Assembly (NCBI RefSeq): GCF_009914755.1
Contig: NC_060930.1
Reading direction: 5' to 3' (one strand)
DNA from: the human T2T-CHM13v2.0 reference genome, Homo sapiens
DNA: 64,000 nucleotides
Position 1 is the stretch's first letter. Each line of letters starts with the position of its first letter. The position numbers were made by a program, and so were the translations under genes. Below, one piece after another: positions 50,551 to 64,000 of the stretch. The notes under the pieces were generated by a model, which worked only from the letters and a program-made list of their open reading frames with translations, was not told the origin of the DNA and searched no databases.

Positions 50551-51045
50551 CAGAGTTTTTGAGCTAGAATCTATGGAACTCTAGGGTATGGATATATATA
50601 ACTTCAGAAGGTCTGTGAACTTCTGAAATTGTGAGCAGAATAATGTTATGTTTATATGTGCTTTATGTTTTATTTTATAATTATCATTATTTTTTTAGAC
50701 AGGGTCTCACTCTGCTGGCCAGACAGGAGTGCAGTAGCATGATTACAGTTCACCACAGCCTTGAATTCCTGGGCTCAAGAGATGCGCCCATCTTAGTCTC
50801 CTGAGTAGCCAGGACTATAGGATTGTGCCACCACACCTGGCTAATATATTTTTTTAATCTTTTCAATAAAGGTCAGGTTTTGCTATGTTGCCCAGAATTG
50901 TCTCAAGCTCCTGGGCTCAAGTGATCCTCCTGCCTCAGCCTCCCAATGTGCTGGGATCATAGGCATGAGCCCCCACACCCAGCCAAGAGTACTTTTCTAA
51001 AGAGAGAAGGTCCATTTCTTTCAACAGATCCTCAAAGGGATCTGC
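50551..51045. mobile_element. MER112-like DNA element split by an AluJ
   Basis: tgaacttctgaaattgt... resumes ttttctaaagagagaaggtccat...cagatcctcaaaggg. Confidence 0.6.
50663..50984 (-). mobile_element. AluJ-like
   Basis: Antisense dimer with J-type gggctcaag motifs. Confidence 0.9.
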
Positions 51046-52433
51046 ATTGTGGTCATTCTTGGTTTTCACCTACCCAGCACGCCTCTCCTGATAACACAAC
51101 ACATTCCTTCCCCTTGAAGAAGTACCATTTGCCATTCTCAATTGATATGGTTTGGATAAGGGCCAATCCCACCACCTGCCTCCAAGATTAGCCCCCATCC
51201 AAACCATATGGATTGAGACTGGCCAAGCTGGGCCAAACAAAGCAAAAAGGACATATACTTCCCAACAAAGCTTCAAAACTTGTAGAATTTAAGCCATAAA
51301 TGTTTATAGCCATCTTTGCCATCATGTGAGGAAGGCTGCCTAAAATAGAATAAGGAAGAAAGCTAAGTCAAAAGCTGAAAAAAGGCAAACTTACAGAACT
51401 TTTGTTGAAAGAGTTAATTTCAGCTAAAATTGAGGTCAATTCCAGCCTGGGACTTTTTGGTTACATAAGCAATAAAGTTCTGTCTTCCTGAAATCTGTTA
51501 GAATTTTCTTTCCCTCCTTTTCAGTGAGATTCAATCCTGCTAATTCAGTTTAAATCTCCCATACCCACCTCCCCCACTCACCAACAAATAAACAAAACTC
51601 CTAGTTTATTGTCCCAGATACTAAGCTATCCAACCCATGGGTTAGGTATTCAACTTAGCTTTATTAATCATAGGGCTCATTACTTTATGTATCCTGAAAT
51701 ACAAACTCCACCCCACCACCAGGCCACAGTTTACCATGCCCCTCATTTTACTTTATCTCCACATCCACTTCTTCCAACCTTGCAGAACCCAAAAACAGAG
51801 ATCATGTTTTCCTCTAATTGACTCTGAGCCACTTACAGAATCACAAAAGCACCAAAATAGTTTCCTCCCTGTGTTTTCCCTCCATATTCAATATGTCAAA
51901 GTGATTATACATCCTGTGTCCCCAATTAACATAGTAGCATTCAATATTTAGTACACTCTGAATACATATTTGTGGAATAAATAAAATAAGCCATGCTGGA
52001 ACTTTATCTGTTGTTCTTAAAAGAAAGAGAAGCTGCCAGAATTGGAGCTTGATCCAGGGGCTTCCCAGGGGACCATCCTCTAGGGAAGAAGATGTTGGTT
52101 TCATAGTTACTTGGTCCATTACAGTTCACAGAGGACAGTGCACACAAAATCAGAAAAGCAGGTGGGCTTATTGCAGTAAACGTGAAGCAATAGCTAGTTT
52201 CATTTTGATAGCACAAATTTTAGACCCTACCCTAATGAAACTATAATACATGAATAAAAAATGAAAGTTAATATATGAAAATGAAACCAATCATTACAAT
52301 AAAAGGATGGGATTGAGGCTATATTTTCTAATTATGAAAAATCTCTTTTATGATATTTAATGTGATTTAAAGGATTTTCAAAACACTTAGTACAAATCTC
52401 TATGTAAATATTAATGTTTAAAAAATATTGCAG

Positions 52434-52463
52434 CCTAGGCAACATAGCAAGGCTCTGTCTCAA
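52434..52463 (+). mobile_element. ~30-nt Alu/FLAM 3' fragment with 14-bp TSD
   Basis: cctaggcaacatagcaaggctctgtctc between aaaaaatattgcag copies at 52420-52433 and 52464-52477. Confidence 0.85.
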
Positions 52464-53043
52464 AAAAAATATTGCAGACTATTCACTTATGTTACAACAT
52501 ATACTCAAGTGGGAAATTCCCTGGTGACAAAATATCTAGAAAGTATGCCAATAAACACACACACACACACACACACTTCAATTAAAGGAATGAGCCCATT
52601 TAATGAAATGGACTATCTCTTATCATGATATGTAAATAGCATTTCAGTTATAGAAAAAATACTACAAAAATCACTAGAGCAATTTTTTTCATTGCAAGAC
52701 CTGAACATAAGGTGTATATTTTTGTAACTGTGTTTTTTAGAAAAGAAGAAGTAAAAGAAGAACCACCTGCACCTAGGTGGCAATTCCCCATCACAGGGGG
52801 AGGGAGCCAGTCTTGGCCACTGGGCACAGAAGAGACTGCTTAGGAAATCCCTGTGAGCTCTAAAGGAAGTAAGAAAACACAGAAATGCAAAGCTCCAATA
52901 CTCCCCCACGTATCACAGACTCCTCTAAATTTCCCACTGGGTGTTTCAAGAGTTGGTCCTGGTGAGGTGGGAGGGGGAGACCAAAGGGAAGAGAAAAAAA
53001 AAAACAAAGGCCATTTGTGGGGAAGCTGAAAGGACATGGAGGT

Positions 53044-53156
53044 ACAGAGGCAGAAATGGTGGCAGTGACGACATATGGGGCAAATATGCCCAGACCCTCA
53101 GCCTCCCCACTGCACCCACACTGTCCACAGGACAATCGGGGCAGGACCTTCATCTG
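53044..53156 (+). repeat. Dispersed direct repeat, copy B (113 bp)
   Basis: Ungapped match to 46820-46932. Confidence 0.9.
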
Positions 53157-53489
53157 TGTCCTCCGGTTGAGGGGTTGCCTACATAATCTGAAAGAGAAGC
53201 GTGAAACTCCAGAAGGGGAAAAAAATGCCTCTTTTGAAGGGGACTTCCCTTGCCAGTGAGGTTTCAGATCATGTTCTGTAACAGCCTACTGGCCTGTGAC
53301 AGGGCCTCCAGGAAATGAGACAACTCAGATGCAGAGTACTAAGGGAAAAATTTCAGTAGTGGCTTGAGAAAACTAACTGTTGAGTCTGACAAAGCAAAGT
53401 TCTAAGATAGTGCGAAGTATAACTAGGGCTGCTTTGAAAAGGAAACCCAGAGAGCAAGGACAGGTGTCGCTTAGTTTTAAAAAATAATT

Positions 53490-53710
53490 AGAGCTTCTGT
53501 TTATTGAAAGCCTACCATGTGTCAGGAGCCTTGCATGCCTTATCTCTTACTCTTACATCAGATGATATGAAATTGACATTATTATCCCCATTCTCATCTG
53601 TAAAGTGAGAAAACATACTCAGATAAATTAAGTAAATTAGCCAACATCATCCAGTTCCAGGGCCACGATTCAAGCCAAGGTCCATCCGATACCAATTACT
53701 ATGCTTCTGC
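53490..53710 (-). mobile_element. MIR
   Basis: tttattgaaagcctaccatgtgtcagg...attattatccccatt...attcaagccaagg. Confidence 0.75.
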
Positions 53711-54479
53711 CTTGGCCCTTCTGTCATTAATTCATGTGGTTCACTGTGAAAGTCATGGACTTCTTTAAACCTAGATTTCCCCTTATGACATGGTACAAGT
53801 AAGCCTAAAGTTAGATAAAATCATAGCCTATGATGAGCTAATTTAAGCTTCAATCTGTCTCTGTCACAGCCAGTTCTGTGGAAATGGACAACTCAAGTAA
53901 CTTCTCCAGGTCTCAGTGTCCCCATCTAAAAAGTGGGGTTGTAGTGGGCCTCTACAGCTCTTGACTTCTATGAGGCACACCGAGTCCTCACATGCCAACA
54001 TAAAAAAGGAAATTTCAAAATTGTCTTTGTTTTTTAACAAAGTATATGAGGGGATTATTCCAGTTCTCTATGAATAATATATATATTTAAAGAGCCTATG
54101 TTTAAAAAATTAAAATGCTTTAAAACATTTTCTAGATGGCCTTACAAATGGAAAAAAAAAGTATTCCTAGCCAACCCTCTGTCAGCAGAAAGGCCACACA
54201 GAAAAAAGCAAATCACAATTCTTTACCCCTCTCAGCATAAATCATTACTCACCGTGGGAAAATGATTACTTGCCAGGAAGTAGAACCTATGAATCATTAT
54301 ACTGTTGTCCTCGACCTCTGATAGAGCAAGAATTAGGGGAAAGACTGAAAAGCTGGGGAGTGAACTCTGATTTGACAATAGTTCCACTCATGGCATCGTA
54401 AGGCAATGAAAACAGAAAGCTGATCGAGCCGTAGGGCTGTCAAGTCCCGGTGCTGCTGCAGTGCACGTCTGAACCCAGA

Positions 54480-54560
54480 GCAGAATGACATGGGCCCCTG
54501 ACTTTCTGAGTCACTCCTTGGGTCTGAGTCTTCACAGCCCCAGAGTCATTTATCAGCAAA
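54480..54560. promoter_or_regulatory. Candidate AP-1/GATA enhancer motif cluster
   Basis: TGAGTCA 54507-54513, near-matches TGAGTCT and AGAGTCA, TTATCA; motif match only. Confidence 0.35.
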
Positions 54561-54817
54561 TAGAAACAATGCCATCCCTGGGCTTGTCCCGACAGTCAAC
54601 CTACTTGTTAATGCCTGTGTAAGAGATACCCAGCTTGGAAATAGGAGCAAAAGTCACAAGGAAGGGATTAAGTTGCCTAACATCAGCATTCATTTCCTAA
54701 AATAAAAACACATGAAAGATAGACACCACAAATATGTGTTCCCTTGTGGTATCAGCAAATATTGTGCTATAATTTCTCTACTGTTGCTAATAAGCTATGG
54801 CACACAACTGTAAATTC

Positions 54818-55286
54818 TTTTTTTTTTTTTTTTTTTTTTTGATACAGGATCTTGCTCTGCCATGCAGGCTAGAGTGCAGTGGCACAATAATGGCTCACTG
54901 AAGCCTCGACCTTTCAGGCTCAAGCAATCCTCCCACCTTGGCCTCCCAAATAGGTAGGATAGGGCAGGTGTGGTGGCTCATGCCTGTAATCCCAGCACTT
55001 TGGGAGTCTGAGGTGGGAGGATTGCTTGAAGCCAGGAGTTCAAGACCAAATAGCTAGCACTACAGGCATGAGCCGCCATGCCCAGCTAATTTTTGAGTCA
55101 GGGTCTCACTATGTTACTCAGGCTGGTCTCAAACTCCTGGGCTCAAGCGATCCTCCCACCTCTGCCTCCCAAAGTGTTGGGATTACAAGCATGGGAGCCA
55201 CCTGTAGGTGGGTGAGGAGCAGCGATCCTCCCACCTCTGCCTCCCAAAGTGCTAGGATTACAGACATGGGAGCTACCACGCCCAGC
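54818..55286 (-). mobile_element. Composite AluJ containing an opposite-strand Alu left-arm fragment and an internal duplication
   Basis: Sense fragment 54962-55048; 57-bp block repeated at 55146-55202 and 55221-55277. Confidence 0.88.
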
Positions 55287-58200
55287 TTGCAAATACTTTT
55301 TATATTATGTTTTTCTACATGGCCTTTGATGTCTTTAGAAAATGTTTGTTTTAAGCAAGGATCTTTTTGTGACTAAAAGCACAGAAAAATACAACATAGT
55401 TAGTATGTTACACACCAAATATACAAAATCCTAGAAACTTATAGAAGGAGATAGGAAAATTGATCTTATAACTAATCTGAATATTGTTCTCTACTTTCCT
55501 TAATGTTTTTAAAGGTAGTGAAAGTAAAACTATATTGTTCTGATGATGTAGAAGGGAGAATGTTTAAAATTCCTCCCAGTTTCAGGAGGAGATATTAGAA
55601 CCTGTCTTTATTATACTGCATTGATTAGAGGGAAGAGGGTATTACAGCCAAAGTGTTACCTAATCATTAGACTTTCACTGTATTTGATCCCACCTTCTTA
55701 CTAGTTTAAATAAAATTTAAGCATGTACTACCATATATCTATGTTTTTATTTATGAATGACATAATCATTATTAATTTATTGTGAATAATATAAATCATT
55801 CATAAAAATTCATCTTTTTAAAGATTATATTTATTAATAATGATACATTTATATATTTTTATTATTCTCTTTTTCTGTACCTCAATAGATCATGTGCACC
55901 CCACTTTGGGACCACTGACCTTTTAGCTTGCTTGTCATGATAGAAGTCATCTACTAAAGGAACTCTGGAATGTTTGAGTCTCTAAATAATCTTGTTATAA
56001 TCCAAAATAGCCTGTTAATTTCAAGATTGATCTTCAGGCGACTAAACTAAGCACTCATAAGAAATCACAAGGTAAAAGAGTTCAGGTCACTGTTTGGTTA
56101 GCTTACAAAGAGTTACTTCTATTTTCCTAAATGTTTTTGAATCACTGCCCTTTGGCTTTGAAGGGACAACTAAATATCATCTCATCAGTAATGCCATTTT
56201 CCCTCAAGTGTCTTTAACACAGAGCTGTTTCTCTAGAAGAGAACAAGGTTATATAAATGGGAGAGAACATGTCTCCCTCCAAGATAGTTATGCAACATGG
56301 GGAAGATTCCACAGAAGAGAGACAAGGCTGAACAGAGATGATGGTTCTTTTACTTGGACATGGTGATAACTTGAGTTTCTAGATAAACTTGAGTACTATT
56401 ACTCAGTACTGGTACTGTTGGAAGAACACATAAAACGTCTGGCACAATCAGTGAAAGAAATATGGGCCTGGGTCCGGGTGTTAAATGGGTACAGGAAAGC
56501 ACTAAACCTCTCACACTCACTCTACACCTACATGCCCCAAATCACAAAATTCCCCTACTTGAAGAGCGTACACTCCCCACTCAATTCACTTCCCATTTAA
56601 AAGTGTATTTGTTTGCTTTTCTAAAGATTCCTAGTGGGTTGGGGAAACTCACTAAACCACTATTAACACTTAGTGTGACCTTCAGGAAGAGGCCTCATGG
56701 ACTAATAAATGTGCTAAGAGGATCTGAAATGTTGGTGATGGGGGTGTGGCAGAGAAGGAAGGATGAAAGGGAGAAACCCGTTTAGAAAGCCTATTGATTT
56801 CTAAGGGGGTAATGCTGGGGTGGGGGAAAGTGGTGAATAAATTATCTGACAGGCAAGCAACATCATTCACACTTTTGTTTAGAAATCATTCTAATGACAG
56901 CCACCCTAAATTTTGGTTCTATGTTGGGTTAGTTCCACAATCACTGAAATGAGGAAGTGAGCTCAACAATTTTGTAAACCTCAGAGTTGACAAGAAGTTA
57001 TGAAAATTCCCAGTGGGGTTACATTAGACTCTAGCACTTACTTAAACAAGGAAAAGCAGGGAGATTCCATTGATGAATCATATCTAAGGGACAAGGGAGG
57101 CTGTAGGGTTTTCTCAGACAAAATGGGTCTTTACAAAATTGGAGAGAACCAAATGGAGTTAACAAGTTTGGAAGATACAGGTGTATTTCCCATAGAACAT
57201 GAGAATGAACACTAAATGAGAAATTCTTGGAAACAAAGACTGATGCAAGAAGAATGCCTGGTTGGAAGTGAAAAAAGCAAGAGCAAAGATGCTGGTTCTG
57301 AGGCCAGAGGCAATGTTGGGGAAGGATCTTGGGACTGAGTCAGCTGGGACCAAGGAAGAGCCAACCATACCTGGATGGATTTAAGGAATGCTAAGACAGG
57401 TCCAAAGTTGGAGAGAAGAGGTAACCAGAGAGCCTGAGGACAGGGCCAGACACTGTAATACCAAATTCCTTACAGAATCAGCAGGGTAGCACAATGTCTC
57501 CAGGGCAGGAGAGATGACCTTGCCAGAGGTATTTTGATGGTAGAGGCTGAAGGAGACAGAGATTAAGTGTACCGAGAAGAAGTACATTTATGGGAGACTA
57601 ACATAGATGAAAATTTCTTGTAAAGTTTTTTCCTGTTGAACACATCTGCTATAAAGGCTTTGGCATCAAATTTTGTATGATACAAAAATCATAACAGCAC
57701 TGAAGTGACTAATAAATGTGTAATGTCAAACCTAATGTGAGCATAAAAAACTTTGAACACCTTAGATGGTAATTTGGAAGGTTCTAATTGCACCTTGACA
57801 ACAAAACATAAACATTAGAGTCTACATGATGTCAAAACATCTGAATGGAAAAAGAAAAATAAGCATCTTTTTCTGCAAAGCCCAAACATTTGTATATTTT
57901 GGAAGACTAAATATATATTTGATAAAACCACAGTATATAAAGTCAAGGCATTTTATGATCTTCCTGGATGTAATTATTTTCCATGACTTTGTGTAATCAT
58001 GGTAAAATAGTGATAGTTCAATAACTGATAACTAACTATAATAATAATTAACATGTAACAGTGACTGAGTTTCCAAATAACTGTATGATGTATGTATTTT
58101 TAGTGCCTGTATTTTGTACATGAGTCTTTTACAAATAAAGTGATTTGCTCAGTCACACAAAGGCAGAGGCAGGACTCAGAACTATACTTACCTGTTTCCA

Positions 58201-58485
58201 GAATCCTAGCTCATCCTACAACTGGCCATTTACATAGTTTTAATTGGTTTTAAAAAGTTTTTTTTTACATTAGAAATCATTTCTGTAATAACATTTTATC
58301 TTATTGCATCCTGTTTTATTACAGTGAAAGGACCTGCTTACTTATTATCTCCCCAGCTACACTGGAATTCTTCCACAGCTTACATGAGGTCATCAGCCTC
58401 TGGCCATGTCTGGAAAACAGCAGGAGCTCAACTAATGTTTATTAAACTAAACTAGATCTAAAATGGATACAAAATTAACAGTTCT

Positions 58486-58797
58486 GGCTGAGCACAGTGG
58501 CACACACCTATAATCCCAGCACTTAGGGAGGCCAATGTGAGAAGATCACTTGAAGCCAGGAATTTGACACCAGCCTGGGCAACACGGAAAGATAACAAGA
58601 CTCTGTCTCTACAAAAAAGTTTAAAAATTAGCCAGGTGTGATGGTGCATACCAGTCATCCCAGCTACATGGGAGGCTGAGGTGGAAGGATAGCTTGAATC
58701 CAGGAGTTAAAGGTTGCAGTGAGCTATGTTCACCCAACTACACTGCAGCCTGGGCAACACAGAGAGACCCTGTCTCAAAAACTAAATAAATAAAAAT
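58486..58797 (+). mobile_element. AluJ-like
   Basis: Full dimer with J-type features. Confidence 0.92.
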
Positions 58798-59152
58798 AGA
58801 AGAGTTTTGCTAGAGTTCAGAAAGCATGTCAGATCATTTGCATCTTAATTAATGGTACATTCGCTTCTAGACTTAAGCAAACAAGTTTCATCTACAACTT
58901 TGATTTCATTGGTTCTTTCAATATTAACATAACTTCAATGCAGTTTTATTGCTCTACATGTGTGTAGTTCAGCTTGTTTATTATGACTTTCCTTTTTGTT
59001 TTCCCTCAAGTTGATTACCTGCCAGCTTTTCTACACTTCTTTCTCACTCCCCACCTTGTCACTGCCTCTAGACAAACCTATTTAGTCATTTGTTAGATTA
59101 AAGATAAAAAAGACACAGGAAGAAAAAACAAACGTGAACCTTGGGCATAGAC

Positions 59153-59697
<545 letters not shown>

Positions 59698-60966
59698 TAA
59701 TTTTATTTCCCAAATTACTGTAAAAGCAGCTTAGAATTATTTTTTTCTCTTCTGTTTTAGCCCATGTTATAACCTGGACAGGCAACTACTGATTCTTAAT
59801 GTCTGGCCACTGATTTTTAAGTGCTTAAATATTCAAAAGTTTGTTAAGCATATTATTTAATATTCACTTATTATTCAGAGTCTGTGCCTAGGCAGAGCTC
59901 CTAATAAAAACACAGAAGACAACTGTTGGCATTCATTTTCATGCCATAATCAAAATACATTTCCTGATGGTGGGGAGTGCTTGCATGACCACCTCCCTGC
60001 AGAGCCAGGCAGGGGTGGTCACTACAGGTTAATCCAGATACTAGAGCTATTTTCAAACACTCCCAATGCCCATAAGGAGAGGAGGCTAGGAGCAGGGCCC
60101 ATGGCTATCCATCAATGTGAATCTCTAGATCCATCCCTTCTATTTGCTTTCCTGCAGGATAAATACATTTTTTGAACTTGTACTGATCAATTTCAGCTGC
60201 ATAGAAATAGAGATAGGAATATAACAATCTCTACCTCTTTTCTCTGCAAGCCATTAAACAGATGTCAATTCTGATATGTTCTCCTCTAAAGGGACACATT
60301 CCAGTCCTAATTTCCAGAACATACCAGGTCAAAATGTTATATGCCATTTTAAACTTCCTTCTACCTTCCCCAAAGAGTCAGCAACTAATTAATTCTTAAG
60401 AAAGAAAGGAGAGGACTATGAGATTGTGTACTGAAAAATTAACACTTCAAACCCAAAATACACATGAGTTCAAATGCTGCTTCTTAAATAGATTATCTGA
60501 GCTATATTTCCTCCAGAAGCCTTGTTTTCCTGATCTGTAACATGAAGACAGAATATACTCTCATCAGGTGGTCATGGGGATTAAATGATATTTACATACA
60601 CCTACTATATACACATACACATATATATAGTTATATACATAGTTATACATGATCCGTATAATACATACACTCTTACATACACACACAGTGTATAGCATAG
60701 GACTCAGTAAATGGAAGCCACTGCTTATCAGTCAAACAGTACTTATTAAGTCCTAGGCAAAGTTTAGGATTCAAAAGAGGTCCAATTTTATTCCTTTCTT
60801 CAAAGAGCTTAGGATATTATTTAAAAGTTAGGATAAAATTTTTGAAACATAATACATAATTAAGACATAAATTGTGTAATTTTTACTATATATATTGTAA
60901 TTCAAAAAAAAATGAAGTAATACATAAAGATGGGTTGAATTTTTTTTAATAACAAAAAAAGTTTAA

Positions 60967-61267
60967 GGCCAGGTGTGGTGGCTCACGCCTGTAATCCCAC
61001 CTATTTGGGAGGCCGAGGCAGGCAGATCACCTGAGGTCAAGAGTTCAAGACCATCCTGGCTAACATGGAAAAACCCTTTCTCTACTAAAAATACAAAAAT
61101 TAGCTGAGTGTGGTGGTGCATGCCTGTAATCCCAGCTACTTGGGAGGCTGTGGCATGAGAATCGCTTGAATCTGGGAGGCAGGAATTTCATTGAGCCAAG
61201 ATCCCGCCACTGCACTCCAGTCTGGGTGACAGAGCAAGGCTCCATTTCCAAAAAAAAAAAAAAAAAA
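60967..61267 (+). mobile_element. Alu (AluS-like)
   Basis: Full dimer; TSD aaaaaaagtttaa. Confidence 0.94.
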
Positions 61268-62516
61268 GTTTAAATGCATATGTAAAGTTATTCTTTGAAC
61301 ACTAAAATAGGAACCAAATTTAAATAATACAGAATAGTTGCCTATTTTGTTCCATAGCATGGTCTAAGTTAGGACACAATAAAATGCATATACAATTACT
61401 AAGCGTTTAGCGTGGAATTTTCTTCTCCTTATGTTTCACCAATATCTAAACAGCCTTAAAAGACTATTAAAAAATACTTTTCCAACTACTATTTTTAGGG
61501 ACATAAGTATCAAAATATTACCTCTAATATAAATTTATTGTACAGAATTTACATTTCATAAATTTATCTTAAAAAGTCAGGACCTCGTAGGCAATGATCT
61601 CATTTCTTCTCACATTAATGAATTATATTTTAGAGAAATTCGAGGTCAAGAGAGCCTTGATAAAATGGCAAATCATAAAAAGCAAAAGCAAATTAACACT
61701 GGGAACACTCAATACATTTGCCTAGTGAGTAAACAATAAGCATCCAGTTGCTATTGATAGCCTAGGTTGACTGGGAGATCTCTTACATCCTAGGGTAATC
61801 AAAGTTGGTTACTCAAAAAGGTATTTTCTTTAGATTATTTACTCATCTAGTCAATTCCCTAATATGAGCCTGGTATCGTGTTGTAGGGAGCTGACATTAT
61901 ACAGGTAATCACTGCAATATAGTAAGTGTTTCGATGCACAAATATACAAATTGCTTGGGAAGCACATAATCACAGAAGAGGAAATGCCAAATTGTGGAAT
62001 AGTTAGGAAGGGTTTCACTGAGGGAAATATTCATGCTGGTTATTTGACAAACAGTATCCTTGAGAAGTAGATCCCAGTAGAAGTCTCTGAGTTGTCTGCC
62101 TGGTCTCCTACCTGAGCAACCAGCACTTTATTCCTTGGCCAGATAAATGTGAGCCAAAATACCTTGTGGTTTCCTTGGAAATGCAGCTTAGCAACCATTT
62201 CTGGGGACAAAAGTCCATAGTAATAGGCACCTGGCTGTTATCATGTTTGATGGGCCTATGTCTTTTCTTCTTTTTTAAGGACCTTAATACACCTTCCTTC
62301 CATCTCTGACTCTATATTCTCAACACTTAAAATTAACAGGGTTAGTAAGCAAGGACCAGTGGGAACAAGAGAAGGGAAAATTGTCTAATGGGAAGTTTAT
62401 TCATTCAGTCCTTGGGAGTTTTCAGTGAGCAGGTTGGATATATTTCCAATGTTTTTCTCAAATTTTTAGGAAAATTAACTATTAAAGTTTTTTTTTTAAA
62501 TAAAAAGATGTTTATA

Positions 62517-63112
<596 letters not shown>

Positions 63113-63750
63113 GGCTATTTATGTTGTTTTAATTGGGAAAAAAAAACTTTGAAAAAAATAAAAACTGAATAACATATAGAGCTGATAAAAAGGATTACAG
63201 TACCTATATACATACATAGCATTATTAAAATATATAGAATATAAACACCTATCATATACAAATCTTCTAAATAAGACCTTATCTGAAGATTTCAGTCATT
63301 AACTCAAAAAACACTGCTTCTCCATGCTGCTTATTAAAATCTGCTTCAACAAGTCCTTTACACTCCTGACTCAGCCATGCAGGTACATATTTTTAGTTCA
63401 CAGGATTAATTAAAAATATTTATTAAACTTTCTGGCCTATCCCTCAGCTTTCTGATCACTGGGAATCTACATTTGCAGATATTCTTCAGCACCCAAGCAC
63501 GCACTAGACTTGATCATGTCTGCCCAAGTCTTCCACCTGGGTTCTATGCTATGAGAATCACATTGTTAAATGAAATTTTGTTATTTTAAGTGTATTCCAT
63601 TTGGTGTGTTTTTTAGGGCTTTGCTTTCTATTTTCATTGATATTTTGCCTAGCATCTTCCTCTTTGTCTTCTTTCTCCACTCTTCACTTTACTATGTCTC
63701 TCAACAAACCTATATCTAGATGTAAACATATCCATAAAGAGGGGAGCTAA

Positions 63751-64000
<250 letters not shown>

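Overview
Repeat-rich human genomic DNA (Alu, L1, L2, MIR, MaLR/ERV LTRs) with no CpG island and no intact cellular protein-coding gene that I can recognise; it reads as intergenic or deep intronic. Only two protein-like segments are real: a processed RPS27A (ubiquitin-S27a) pseudogene at ~3.44-3.99 kb and ORF2 fragments of a 5'-truncated, 5'-inverted L1HS-Ta0 insertion at ~27.75-29.53 kb. The other ORFs in the track are repeat-derived or chance. The least explained structures are (1) a ~590-bp cassette at 2562-3149, where a copy of nearby DNA sits between ~127-bp inverted repeats, (2) a 113-bp ungapped dispersed repeat at 46.8 and 53.0 kb that I cannot assign to a known element, and (3) a rearranged composite Alu at 54.8-55.3 kb. 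The pseudogene still has an open ubiquitin-variant frame. I do not see convincing evidence for a new multi-gene system; the findings are mostly retrotransposition and template-switch scars plus candidate regulatory sites. Repeat subfamily names are by eye from remembered consensus sequences, and old-element boundaries are approximate.
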